A model generated the notes under the pieces. That model was not told the DNA's origin, did no database searches, and saw nothing but the letters and a program-made list of their open reading frames with translations. DNA of 64,000 nt from a virus. Taxonomy: Duplodnaviria; Caudoviricetes. A program made the translations under genes and the position numbers. Location: IMG/VR virus record IMGVR_UViG_3300020044_011308, positions 5,070 to 69,069 of that record. One strand, written 5' to 3'. Each line of letters starts with the position of its first letter. The stretch's first letter is position 1. Shown here one piece after another: positions 1 through 10,441 of the stretch.

Positions 1-974
1 AAAATTGCTTCCGTTAATGATAAACCCCATCCTTCATTTGAAGTTAATAGAATTTGTGCATCCGCAATATTATACATCATGTTTAATTGTTGTGGTGAAA
101 GTGGATTGGTTGAAAAATATATTGCATCTGGATAATCATTGAATAGTATTTCACGTACTGCGTTTAAATCTGTTCCATGCTCGCTTACTATTTCTGTATG
201 CATTAATAGAGCACATTTAGCTGCTTTTTCTTTAGGTAAAGTATCTAAAAATATCTTAAAAGCAAGCATTGTGTCCGGAATTTGTTTTCTTCTAATGTTT
301 CTTGAATTAAAAAATACAACAAAATCTTTTTCTTTACCACCAAATATAGTAGACTTTAATGTCTCTAATTCTTTTAGCTCATCCTCTTTTACAATTGGAT
401 AGTACATATCGTGGTTTAAACCGTGAGGGACATACTCAATTATTTTTTTACCTCTTTTTTCATCTAAAACAAGCTCATTAATTAATTTAGTTTGCTTTGA
501 AATAGCTAACAATGCATCACACGATTCGTAAAATGCTTTATTGTATAGCGGTGCTGGGTAATCATCCCAAATGTTTAAATAAATGATGGGCATGTGTTTT
601 CTAATCTCGTTTTCAATTGCAAACAACCATTCAAAATATCTTGGATCAGTAATTAACATAATTGCATCTGGTTTTTCAACCTCAATCATGTGTCTGATCA
701 AGTCAGCATCTCCATAGTTATCTACAGGGTACAGAAAAACAGAAGCATCTGTTAATTTTGTGTTGATGTTTGTGTCTTGAGATAAGTCAAAACGTTTTCC
801 TTTTTCAGGATGGTTAATTGCACCTGCAATATTTACCCAATTAAAATGTTGAGCTGTATTTAATACTAGCTCTTTTGCTATAGTTGCTACTCCAGAGTGT
901 ACTCTAATGTCGTCACAAATTAGCATGATTTTTTTCCTCTCGTTTTGAGGAAGATAATTAAAACTTGAATTCAT
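1..974 (-). CDS. GT4 (GT-B) family glycosyltransferase, 3' end outside window
   Basis: Not in the ORF track; translated by hand from ATG at 974: MNSSFNYLPQNERKKIMLICDDIRVHSGVATIAKEL...NSRNIRRKQIPD...ILLTSNEGWGLSLTEA. The EGWGLSLTEA segment is the EX7E motif of GT4 enzymes. Confidence 0.85.
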   Translation of the reverse strand, partial: MNSSFNYLPQNERKKIMLICDDIRVHSGVATIAKELVLNTAQHFNWVNIAGAINHPEKGKRFDLSQDTNINTKLTDASVFLYPVDNYGDADLIRHMIEVEKPDAIMLITDPRYFEWLFAIENEIRKHMPIIYLNIWDDYPAPLYNKAFYESCDALLAISKQTKLINELVLDEKRGKKIIEYVPHGLNHDMYYPIVKEDELKELETLKSTIFGGKEKDFVVFFNSRNIRRKQIPDTMLAFKIFLDTLPKEKAAKCALLMHTEIVSEHGTDLNAVREILFNDYPDAIYFSTNPLSPQQLNMMYNIADAQILLTSNEGWGLSLTEAI

Positions 975-996
975 ATAACTTTATTTTGTTTTTATT

Positions 997-1027
997 TAAA
1001 TGTAATAACTTAATTTTGCTCTTCCAA
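997..1027 (-). promoter_or_regulatory. Class I promoter TTG-N20-TACATTTA
   Basis: Same geometry as 13 other copies; upstream of the GT4 gene. Confidence 0.65.
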
Positions 1028-1207
1028 ACTTAAATCGTTATGATTGTGAATTTGTCTTTTAAATTCATCATCTGTTAAGTAAAGGTGAATTGCTCGTTCC
1101 GATAGTTTTTGGAAAGAGAATTTACGTTTAATGCATTCTACTCTAAATTGCTCAAATAGATCTTTATCTAATTTGACACTTGTTAATTGTTGGTTTTTTT
1201 CACTCAT
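1010..1207 (-). CDS. Small ribbon-helix-helix-like DNA-binding protein
   Basis: Likely start MSEKNQQLTSVKLDKDLFEQFRVECIKRKFSFQKLSERAIHLYL; alternating strand followed by two helices, typical of the RHH/CopG pattern. Confidence 0.6.
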   Translation of the reverse strand: MSEKNQQLTSVKLDKDLFEQFRVECIKRKFSFQKLSERAIHLYLTDDEFKRQIHNHNDLSLEEQN

Positions 1208-1232
1208 AGTATTTACTTTTATGTTTATTGTA

Positions 1233-1240
1233 TATACATA
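1233..1240 (-). promoter_or_regulatory. Class II (late-type) motif TATGTATA
   Basis: Intergenic, upstream of the RHH gene; variant of the TATTTATA motif. Confidence 0.45.
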
Positions 1241-1250
1241 TGGTAGTATA

Positions 1251-2186
1251 TTAGTAGGTCGCAGAACATAAGTGAGTCTTATGAAATGAACACCAATTAC
1301 AATTTTTATGTGGGGTTGGTTGATGTTCAACATCTTTGTATCCATTTCGATCAAATGCTTGTTCTATAAATTCCTCAATTGATTTGGATACTTTATTTAA
1401 TTTTACTTTACCTGATGCTGGTTTAAATAATTGTACACGTTTGATTACGAATTTATCGCTTTCAAATGGTTTACGTTTTACTATCATGAACTCTATTTCT
1501 ATATTCTCTAATGGCAAATTGTAGGTTTCAGAGAAATATTTTTTATATAGTATAAGTTGAAATTGTTTATTTTCGTCTGATTTTTCTTTCTTGCTCCAAC
1601 CTTGTTTACTGGTTTTAATGTCTATGATCTTGATTGTGTTTGTTGGCTCGTGGTACATTACAATGTCAAGGTAACCTTGAAACATTACATTGTATAGTTT
1701 TGGAGAGGGGTGGAGTATAAGAGGTAACTCACATCCTACTAAATGCCAACCGCGTTTAGAAAAATATTTGTTTCTGTTTTTAGCAAATTCTCTTATGATT
1801 TCTACCCCATCTTCAAAAAATTCCCTAAGTTCTTCAGGGGAGGTAAAGTGTTGGTTGTTGTTTGATTTGTATTGCTTTTTATATTCTTCACGTAATGCAT
1901 CTTCAAGCATTTCGTATGTGTTTAGTTTATCTGCTTCTGCTCCACTTTTTCCATACATTGTAGTTAAATATGCTTGGAGTACTTCGTGTAATGCTGTTCC
2001 AAAAACAGTGTGGATGGAGGAAGTAAATTGTTTATATCCTTCTTTGTATTGAAGTGACCATTTTTTAGGACACTCATTGAACATGGATAATTGTGAATAT
2101 GAAATTGATTTTTGTGTTGCGTAATCAATTGTTGGTAATTGTTTACTTTTAATTTCTTTTAATAGTAAAGGTAACTTCTTTTTCAT
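1251..2186 (-). CDS. Cas4/RecB-like PD-(D/E)XK exonuclease with 4Fe-4S cysteines
   Basis: SYSQLSMFNECPKKW, GTALHE, GYLDIV...IIDIKTS, QLILY, C-terminal CNWCSFHKTHLC; start placed at ATG 2186, just below the promoter. Confidence 0.85.
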   Translation of the reverse strand: MKKKLPLLLKEIKSKQLPTIDYATQKSISYSQLSMFNECPKKWSLQYKEGYKQFTSSIHTVFGTALHEVLQAYLTTMYGKSGAEADKLNTYEMLEDALREEYKKQYKSNNNQHFTSPEELREFFEDGVEIIREFAKNRNKYFSKRGWHLVGCELPLILHPSPKLYNVMFQGYLDIVMYHEPTNTIKIIDIKTSKQGWSKKEKSDENKQFQLILYKKYFSETYNLPLENIEIEFMIVKRKPFESDKFVIKRVQLFKPASGKVKLNKVSKSIEEFIEQAFDRNGYKDVEHQPTPHKNCNWCSFHKTHLCSATY

Positions 2187-2190
2187 TACA

Positions 2191-2226
2191 CAAAGATACA
2201 AAAAAAGCCTGCCATAGGCAAGCTTT
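2191..2226 (-). terminator. Repeated intrinsic terminator fused to Class I promoter (TTG-N20-TATCTTTG)
   Basis: Minus strand AAGCTTGCC-TAT-GGCAGGCTT followed by a T-run then TATCTTTG, an exact Bacteroidota -7 element TAnnTTTG. Confidence 0.75.
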
Positions 2227-2243
2227 CTTTTAGTTTTTAAAAA

Positions 2244-2306
2244 TATCCCTGTAGCGATACTAGGATAATTTTTATAGCCGTAGCTATACGGTCCTAAGCC
2301 GTGGGT
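2244..2306 (-). ncRNA. Candidate structured RNA / 3' UTR element with three adjacent hairpins
   Basis: GC-richer intergenic island: ACGG-CTTAGGA-CCGT, TATAGC-TACG-GCTATA (cUACGg tetraloop on the minus strand) and an imperfect TATCC...GGATA stem. Confidence 0.4.
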
Positions 2307-2317
2307 TTAATTTTTAT

Positions 2318-3010
2318 TTAGTGTTTCTTTTTCTGAAGTTCCTTACTATATTCAGCAACTGGAAGTGGTGTTCCAACAGGGTAAGGGAAGCCTATTTTGG
2401 CTGCTGTTACCGAAGTCATACCATTTTCAACAGGTATTGCTTTACGTAATGGAACTGCAGCTTCATTAAGTGGGCCATAAACTTTCGCCAATATAATACC
2501 TGTAGATGTTGTGTCAAAAACAATTCCTGGCATTGCAAACATATTGCTCTCGCTTGTACTTGGGGAATTTAAATTAATTACAAATGATCTATTAAATGGT
2601 GTCATCAATTCCCATTCTTTAGTTGAAGGGTTAAATTGTGGAATTGTTGTTGTTGTATCGTAATACCAAAATAAAGACCACACAGTATTAGTTGTACCAT
2701 CAGGACTTTGGAAGTTGTCATTCACATTGAATTTTCCGTATGTTCCACTAACACCTTTCATCGCTAAGTTAGAAAGAGATGGACCTGATAATACGGGACA
2801 TATTGCACATCCTTCATCATATACAACTCCTTGTACTACAATCTTTTTTCCTGTGGGGAGGGCAGCCGATGCTCCACAAAAAGCAAAAGATCCATCATGT
2901 ATCTTTACAATTTTATTAAATTTAATATCTTCTGTTGTTTCAGTTTTTGTGTTTGTATTACAACTAAATAACATAGTTGCGGTAACAAATAATAATAACA
3001 ATTTTTTCAT
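2318..3010 (-). CDS. Lipoprotein of unknown function
   Basis: MKK + hydrophobic stretch + LFSC lipobox. Confidence 0.7.
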   Translation of the reverse strand: MKKLLLLFVTATMLFSCNTNTKTETTEDIKFNKIVKIHDGSFAFCGASAALPTGKKIVVQGVVYDEGCAICPVLSGPSLSNLAMKGVSGTYGKFNVNDNFQSPDGTTNTVWSLFWYYDTTTTIPQFNPSTKEWELMTPFNRSFVINLNSPSTSESNMFAMPGIVFDTTSTGIILAKVYGPLNEAAVPLRKAIPVENGMTSVTAAKIGFPYPVGTPLPVAEYSKELQKKKH

Positions 3011-3036
3011 AATTTTTATTTAATTTAGTTTAATTT

Positions 3037-3270
3037 TTATTTTATAATTCCTGCTCTTACTTGAAGCATTCTACGTTCATTAATATCTTCTTGGGATCCA
3101 ATTATTGTACTGTAATCTTCCATGGATAATGTTTTACCGGAAGCAGACAATGATATAATGTTTTCTGCTACATCATGTAAATCCATGTCTGTTTGAGCAT
3201 CTTCTCTAGCGTATTCGAGTAAACGAATAAATAGAGGAACGTCTACTGTAATTATATCTCTTGGGTTCAT
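3037..3270 (-). CDS. Hypothetical protein with C-terminal RMLQVRAGIIK tag
   Basis: 77-aa ORF directly downstream of 3272-3763. Confidence 0.7.
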   Translation of the reverse strand: MNPRDIITVDVPLFIRLLEYAREDAQTDMDLHDVAENIISLSASGKTLSMEDYSTIIGSQEDINERRMLQVRAGIIK

Positions 3271-3271
3271 A

Positions 3272-3763
3272 TTATTTTAATTCTAATTCTTCTGCAGGAT
3301 ATAACTCTTCTTCACCATTATGATCTACTTTATACCAAGGACCATTTAAAGCGCTTTCATCATATGCGTCTGCATCTACTTCATAATATCCAATATCTTC
3401 TGATGGGATAGAATTGAAATTAGGGTAAACTTTAGTAATTGTACCCTCATCTGTTTCTGCAGAAATATCTAAAGGGGCAGTAATTCTAACACTGTCATTA
3501 ACTGAAAGCATGTTTTCATTTACTTCTTCAACTTCATTTAAACCATATTTTTTACCTAAAAAATGTTCAAACGCTGTTTCATAATCTGCTTTAGCACGTG
3601 GTGGGATTTGGTTAATTGCTCCAATTCCTACAATTCCTCCAATCATAGATTCGTTTAAAGATGCTTTTTCAGCATCCTCAATTTCTTTATTGATAATAGC
3701 TTTATATTCACTTTCTGTAATTACACCTGAAAGGAATTGCATACGTAATGTGTCTTTTTCCAT
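3272..3763 (-). CDS. Acidic hypothetical protein with N-terminal LRMQFLSGVITE tag (possible internal head protein)
   Basis: 163-aa ORF with TATTTATA upstream; N-terminus resembles that of 10078-10419. Confidence 0.7.
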   Translation of the reverse strand: MEKDTLRMQFLSGVITESEYKAIINKEIEDAEKASLNESMIGGIVGIGAINQIPPRAKADYETAFEHFLGKKYGLNEVEEVNENMLSVNDSVRITAPLDISAETDEGTITKVYPNFNSIPSEDIGYYEVDADAYDESALNGPWYKVDHNGEEELYPAEELELK

Positions 3764-3777
3764 TTTATATATTTTAT

Positions 3778-3785
3778 TATAAATA
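3778..3785 (-). promoter_or_regulatory. Class II (late-type) motif TATTTATA
   Basis: 14 nt upstream of the ATG at 3763. Confidence 0.6.
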
Positions 3786-4004
3786 TTATGAATTTTTTGC
3801 TTCGCGCAATACTATTAAAGCTTTCTGAATATATAATATGTCATCCATTTTTTCTTGGATGCTATGTTCTAGCCATTCTTCTAGTTCTAAATCGTTACGA
3901 TCTAAATCTGTTCCATACTTTTGTTTTCCAATGGTGGCTCTAGCAACAAATTTGTCTATAATGGAGTCTACAATTGAGTCTGTAACCTTAATTTCTCTAT
4001 TCAT
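3786..4004 (-). CDS. Small phage protein, possible all-alpha NTP-pyrophosphohydrolase-like
   Basis: GKQKYGTDLDR...WLEHSIQEKMDDILY; acidic helix pattern. Confidence 0.45.
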   Translation of the reverse strand: MNREIKVTDSIVDSIIDKFVARATIGKQKYGTDLDRNDLELEEWLEHSIQEKMDDILYIQKALIVLREAKNS

Positions 4005-4432
4005 TTTTTCAATAATTTTTCTACTTCTTTTTCATCCATTCCCATATCGTAAAGTACCTTTCTGGTACCATGGTCACGTAATATGTCAATATATTCTTCT
4101 GCTTCCCCTAAACTACATTCAAAATATTTTGCTACATATTCTATCAATGTAGCAGATTTTTTCTTTGTTTTTGACTTGAGATATTTCAAAAACACTTTGG
4201 ATTTAGGGATCATTTCTCGATAAATTTGGTATAGTTGGTGTTTGTTATCGTATGGTATTGTTTGAATATAGTTTGCTAATTCAATATAGCGTATATCCAT
4301 CGATACGTATCGATTAACCACGTAAGAGTTCCATTTATCCCACGATTCTTCCGAAATGTTTTCAATAGGGGTTTTATAGAGGGTGATTTCATTTAACCAC
4401 CCCCATAAATCCTTAATTTGTTTTTTAGACAC
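4001..4432 (-). CDS. Clamp loader small subunit (T4 gp62-like)
   Basis: YVVNRYVSM...FLKYLK...VAKYFECSLGEAEEYIDIL pattern; near the gp44-like gene. Confidence 0.75.
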   Translation of the reverse strand: MSKKQIKDLWGWLNEITLYKTPIENISEESWDKWNSYVVNRYVSMDIRYIELANYIQTIPYDNKHQLYQIYREMIPKSKVFLKYLKSKTKKKSATLIEYVAKYFECSLGEAEEYIDILRDHGTRKVLYDMGMDEKEVEKLLKK

Positions 4433-4682
4433 TTAATGTAATATCTTTATATTCTTCTTTCAATTCTGAAGGTAACGAATCTGGAAGTATTTTCTTTGAT
4501 TCTAAATCGTAAAATACAGTGATTGGGATAAGTTGATCTTCATCTGTTCCTGCAATGAATTTAGATACTCTACGGATTACAAATGCTTGTCCGAATAATT
4601 TTTCCCCATTAAATCCATCAACTGATGTTGTATTGTTAAAGTCAATGTTCATTTGTGGGGGTGTTTTTGATTGTGTTTTCAT
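4425..4682 (-). CDS. Hypothetical protein
   Basis: 85-aa ORF between the clamp loader subunits. Confidence 0.7.
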   Translation of the reverse strand: MKTQSKTPPQMNIDFNNTTSVDGFNGEKLFGQAFVIRRVSKFIAGTDEDQLIPITVFYDLESKKILPDSLPSELKEEYKDITLSV

Positions 4683-4699
4683 TTGATTTTTATTTTGGT

Positions 4700-5608
4700 T
4701 TAAATTGTTTCTATGATTTTGGCTAAAGCCGACATTACATTTATTTCTTTATCTATTCTAAAATTTGCTTGATATAAATGTTCGTTTAATATAATTGCAA
4801 CAGAGCCTTCTTTTCCAGGAGCATATTTTGAACTGTATTCAAATAAATTTCGATACAGTTCTTCAAAGTCCTTAACGTTTGAATCTGCAATAATTTGTCT
4901 AACGGTAAGCCATTTTTTACTTCCCATCAGTTCCTTTAATACCTCTTTAATATAGTTGTTTGAGGTTAAAACTGTTTTATCTAGTTCAATACAGTCATCT
5001 TTTACAGACATTTGAAGTACATTCAACATTTTTCTCATGTCAGGGTAATACTGTACTATAAGTGATTTTAAATCTTCAGGTTTACATGAAATAGATAATT
5101 GATCCTTTAATATCCAATCTAAATGGTTGTATACATCTGTTTTAGATGGAGGTACTATTTTAAGCACCTGGCAACGTGATTGAAGTGGGTCAATGATTCG
5201 CTCAATAAAATTACAGGTTAATATAAATCGTGTTGAGCGAGAAAATGTTTCAATTACGTTTCGTAAAGCCGCTTGTCCTTGAATTGTGATGAAATCTGCT
5301 TCGTCTAAGATTACTACTTTAATACTTTTCCAAGATGCAGAACTAGCAAATCCCTTTACTTTCTCTCGAATAGTGTCAATTCCGTTTTCATCGGATGCGT
5401 TTATGTAAAGATAATCGCAATCTAGATTTTTAACGATAATTTTTGCTAGGGTAGTTTTACCTGTACCTGCGGGACCATAAAAGATAAAGTTTTGAATGTC
5501 ACCTTGATCAAGGTATTTTTGTATTGTGTCTTTTACATTTTCGTTACCAACATAGTATTTCAGTTTGGTAGGGCGAAAACGTTCTACATATAACGTATTT
5601 TCTTTCAT
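4700..5608 (-). CDS. Clamp loader AAA+ ATPase (T4 gp44/RFC small subunit-like)
   Basis: VERFRP, Walker A GPAGTGKT, INASDENG, Walker B ILDEAD, SRC motif; start placed at ATG 5608 (MKENTL). Confidence 0.95.
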   Translation of the reverse strand: MKENTLYVERFRPTKLKYYVGNENVKDTIQKYLDQGDIQNFIFYGPAGTGKTTLAKIIVKNLDCDYLYINASDENGIDTIREKVKGFASSASWKSIKVVILDEADFITIQGQAALRNVIETFSRSTRFILTCNFIERIIDPLQSRCQVLKIVPPSKTDVYNHLDWILKDQLSISCKPEDLKSLIVQYYPDMRKMLNVLQMSVKDDCIELDKTVLTSNNYIKEVLKELMGSKKWLTVRQIIADSNVKDFEELYRNLFEYSSKYAPGKEGSVAIILNEHLYQANFRIDKEINVMSALAKIIETI

Positions 5609-5612
5609 AACC

Positions 5613-5647
5613 ATATTATACAAAAAAAGCCTGCACTAGGCAAGCTT
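5613..5647 (-). terminator. Repeated terminator fused to Class I promoter (TTG-N20-TATAATAT)
   Basis: AAGCTTGCCTAGTGCAGGCTTTTTTTG on the minus strand; second copy of the repeat. Confidence 0.7.
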
Positions 5648-5659
5648 CTTTGTTTTATT

Positions 5660-6619
5660 TTATAATCCTGCTAATTTTTTCATTCTATATAAATCAAAAT
5701 CAAATTCCATTTCTTCTTTTAACGTAGATTTTTTAACTAGAAGTTTTTTACGTTGATCAGCTGAAATACCAGTTACAATTAGTTTGTATTGTGTTCCTTC
5801 TTCTGTTTTGGTTGTTTCGGTTTCGTATTTTGCTGTTGGAACTTCTCCAATTTCTTTTTGAAATTCTTTACGAATTTTATCTATTTTATCTAAACTATCT
5901 GCAGTTACAGATAATGGAGGAACAGTTTCAGCTTTTGGTTTTTCTACTGTTTTTGGTGCTTCACCACCATCTTGTTCAACATCCACTAATTGATATTCAA
6001 CACCTGCATTGTCCATAATTGTTTTTAATACTTTAGACAAATATGGTTTTGTTTTGTATGGATTTTCAAGTGTATAAGGGAAAACAATTTTTCCATCTTT
6101 TACTACATAGTGAATATCTTGTTCCAATTTACCACCATATTTTTTCAAATTGTCTGGTGTTTTCATTGGAAAGTAATTAGCACCATATCGTCCAATAATA
6201 TCTTTTGGAAGTTCTTTTCCGGATAATGTAAATAAGTAGTCGTTTATGCTACCATCGTTTCCTTCTGCTTGCCATCTTTCATATCCTGATTCTGCTTCTT
6301 TTTCAGCTGTAGCGAATGCTTCAGGTACTCTATTTTTCAAATCAATTAACTTGAATGCTTTTTCATCTTCTGAACGAGTATCCCAATCTTTCCAAGCAGC
6401 TCCTGCTTTTTGAGCAGGGATTGAAGGACCAAATGCTTTTACAATAGCTTGTGGATCACGCATGTTTTGAGCATAAATGCCATAATTTGAAATATTGTCC
6501 ATAGCTTCAAGAGCTGCGTCTATATCTTTTGGTTGAACAGCAAGATCGTAATTTACCTTCAATTGGCTCATTCCATCTTCTTCACCTTCAATTTCGCGTA
6601 ATATATCAGTTAATTTCAT
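5660..6619 (-). CDS. Hypothetical protein with MKLTDILRE N-terminus and RMKKLAGL C-terminus (possible internal head protein)
   Basis: 319-aa ORF; TATTTATA 3 nt upstream of the ATG. Confidence 0.75.
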   Translation of the reverse strand: MKLTDILREIEGEEDGMSQLKVNYDLAVQPKDIDAALEAMDNISNYGIYAQNMRDPQAIVKAFGPSIPAQKAGAAWKDWDTRSEDEKAFKLIDLKNRVPEAFATAEKEAESGYERWQAEGNDGSINDYLFTLSGKELPKDIIGRYGANYFPMKTPDNLKKYGGKLEQDIHYVVKDGKIVFPYTLENPYKTKPYLSKVLKTIMDNAGVEYQLVDVEQDGGEAPKTVEKPKAETVPPLSVTADSLDKIDKIRKEFQKEIGEVPTAKYETETTKTEEGTQYKLIVTGISADQRKKLLVKKSTLKEEMEFDFDLYRMKKLAGL

Positions 6620-6622
6620 AGT

Positions 6623-6630
6623 TATAAATA
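6623..6630 (-). promoter_or_regulatory. Class II (late-type) motif TATTTATA
   Basis: Lies between a terminator and the ATG at 6619. Confidence 0.6.
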
Positions 6631-6633
6631 TGT

Positions 6634-6662
6634 AAAAAAAGAGACCCGTTATTGAGGGTCTC
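6634..6662 (-). terminator. Intrinsic terminator of the groES-groEL operon
   Basis: GAGACCC-TCAATAAC-GGGTCTC followed by T7 on the minus strand. Confidence 0.8.
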
Positions 6663-6912
6663 CATATATGTTAAATCGTTTAATTGGTTCAGGTTGAATT
6701 TCTTTTTCTTCACTTCGTGTAACATAAATTTTGCTATCTAAAGGAGCTAAAAGAAATTCTACTTTCTCTTGATTTTTGTCAAACCATGCCTCTAAAACAT
6801 CTGTTAGTGATTTATGGATGATTTTATTTTTATCATCCACGAGCAACCAGGAATCTCCTGGTGGTACTCGTGTAGCGATAAGTTCGTGGTATTCTATTTT
6901 TTCTGTTTTCAT
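6649..6912 (-). CDS. Hypothetical protein
   Basis: 87-aa ORF directly downstream of groEL. Confidence 0.7.
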   Translation of the reverse strand: MKTEKIEYHELIATRVPPGDSWLLVDDKNKIIHKSLTDVLEAWFDKNQEKVEFLLAPLDSKIYVTRSEEKEIQPEPIKRFNIYGDPQ

Positions 6913-6913
6913 A

Positions 6914-8854
<1,941 letters not shown>

Positions 8855-8858
<4 letters not shown>

Positions 8859-9211
8859 AATTTTACTTTGTTTAACATTGTTTCTATTCCTTCTTTAACT
8901 GTGTTCCAAGTTTCAATATAATCTTGGATTGAATTGTACGAATTCTCGTTTTGATAAAATTTTTCTTTAGCCACGCGATTTAGTGCATTTGAAAAATTGC
9001 TGTAATGTCCAATTATTTTTTCTACCTCTTTACCAGTTGCTTTTTTACCAGCAAATCCTCTCATAGAAGTAGACAATTCCATTACTGTAAAGTTTGTTGC
9101 ATCTTTAACAATATAAAAGGGTTCCATGTTTGGATCCTTAATTGTGCATAAATTGGATTGTGTGTCATTCTCGTCTCTAGCGGGACGACCGCGTCTTTTG
9201 GTTTCTTCCAT
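8855..9211 (-). CDS. Hypothetical protein with AT-hook-like KRRGRP
   Basis: 118-aa ORF with ATGA overlap into groES. Confidence 0.7.
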
Positions 9212-9233
9212 AACTAAATTTAAATTTATAACT

Positions 9234-9279
9234 GTAATATACGAAAACTTATTTGAATTTCCTAATTCTATTATACATA
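9234..9279 (-). promoter_or_regulatory. Tandem Class II motif (TATGTATA 9272-9279) and degenerate Class I promoter (TAG-N20-TATATTAC)
   Basis: Both motifs lie upstream of the groES/EL operon. Confidence 0.45.
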
Positions 9280-10014
9280 CTAGAAGGCACTTTCCTCTTT
9301 ACGAACCATGTAATATTTGCTTGTAGTGTTCTCTGATTTAAATTCAAGTTTCATTAAACCCTGATAGCTTAAATATAAAGTACCGCTTTCTAAATCTTTA
9401 TTTACGTGAAGTATATTTTTAAATATATCTGAATTAAATGGTATCTCAATTTTTTGTTGTTTAATTTTACCATACATTTGGTAAGTGATCTTGTTGTTAT
9501 GGCCTTGCTCGTCTCCAAAAGTAAACACACACATGTCATCTCCGTTCAAGTCTTTGTCAACAGAAACAGTTAACAAACCAATACCTGCTAAAGCAGATTT
9601 TGCTTTAACTAAATTGTCAACATATTCTTTTTCAAATGGCAATACAGCATCCCATTCAGGTTCTGTTACAGCACCTACTCTACCAATAAGTAAAGGATCA
9701 GCTAAAGCATATGTTAAGTTAAAGTCACTATCTGCAAAATGCATTTTAGTGCATAAATTTCTATTTTTTTCTAAACTAAATAGCAAATCACCTGAGGTGA
9801 TGCCTATTAGGTTGAGTAGTTTTTTAGTGTCAAAGATGGCTAGCTCACTGTCTTCAATGTCTATATTGTTGTGTGTAATGTTTCCTATTACCTCTTTGGA
9901 AATTGACATAAAGTCAATGGTTAAGGTTTTGTCTTTGATTTTCCACTTGACGGACTCGTTTTCGCCCAAGTAGTATTTGTTTATAACCGATTGTAGAATT
10001 AACTTATTTACCAT
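9280..10014 (-). CDS. DNA polymerase sliding clamp (T4 gp45-like)
   Basis: 244 aa, two-domain alpha/beta pattern (LAIFDTKKLL, KYYMV); between PolB and the clamp loader. Confidence 0.7.
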   Translation of the reverse strand: MVNKLILQSVINKYYLGENESVKWKIKDKTLTIDFMSISKEVIGNITHNNIDIEDSELAIFDTKKLLNLIGITSGDLLFSLEKNRNLCTKMHFADSDFNLTYALADPLLIGRVGAVTEPEWDAVLPFEKEYVDNLVKAKSALAGIGLLTVSVDKDLNGDDMCVFTFGDEQGHNNKITYQMYGKIKQQKIEIPFNSDIFKNILHVNKDLESGTLYLSYQGLMKLEFKSENTTSKYYMVRKEESAF

Positions 10015-10018
10015 GTGT

Positions 10019-10053
10019 TAAAGATACAAAAAAGCCTGCTGGTAGGCAAGCTT
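10019..10053 (-). terminator. Repeated terminator fused to Class I promoter (TTG-N20-TATCTTTA)
   Basis: AAGCTTGCCTACCAGCAGGCTTTTTTG; third copy of the repeat. Confidence 0.7.
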
Positions 10054-10077
10054 TTCTATAGATGATTTGTTTAAAGT

Positions 10078-10419
10078 TTACCTAAGATGTGGACTAGTGT
10101 AAGGTGATTCCTTTATTCCAAATTCTTTTAAAACATCTAGCATATTTGCATTATCTCCCGCATTTGGGATAAATACTGAATACTCTTTAGTATGTGGATT
10201 TTTTCCAAATTTTATTTTTTTCGGGTTAACAAAAAACTTTTTCTTTGCTGCTAGTGCTATCTGTTCCTGCTCTTCCTCGTCTGGTTCTCTATTAATTGCA
10301 ATATAAAGACCATCTTCCATATCGCCATAATATCTATCTGCTTCTTCCATTTTTTCTTTGTACTGGCCTTCGGTAATAATACCAGCCAACATTTGCATAC
10401 GTAATTGTTCTTGTGTCAT
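10078..10419 (-). CDS. Hypothetical protein with N-terminal LRMQMLAGIITE tag (possible internal head protein)
   Basis: 113-aa ORF with TATTTATA upstream. Confidence 0.75.
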   Translation of the reverse strand: MTQEQLRMQMLAGIITEGQYKEKMEEADRYYGDMEDGLYIAINREPDEEEQEQIALAAKKKFFVNPKKIKFGKNPHTKEYSVFIPNAGDNANMLDVLKEFGIKESPYTSPHLR

Positions 10420-10433
10420 TTTATGTATTTTAT

Positions 10434-10441
10434 TATAAATA
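10434..10441 (-). promoter_or_regulatory. Class II (late-type) motif TATTTATA
   Basis: Immediately after the PolB stop codon, upstream of 10419. Confidence 0.6.
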
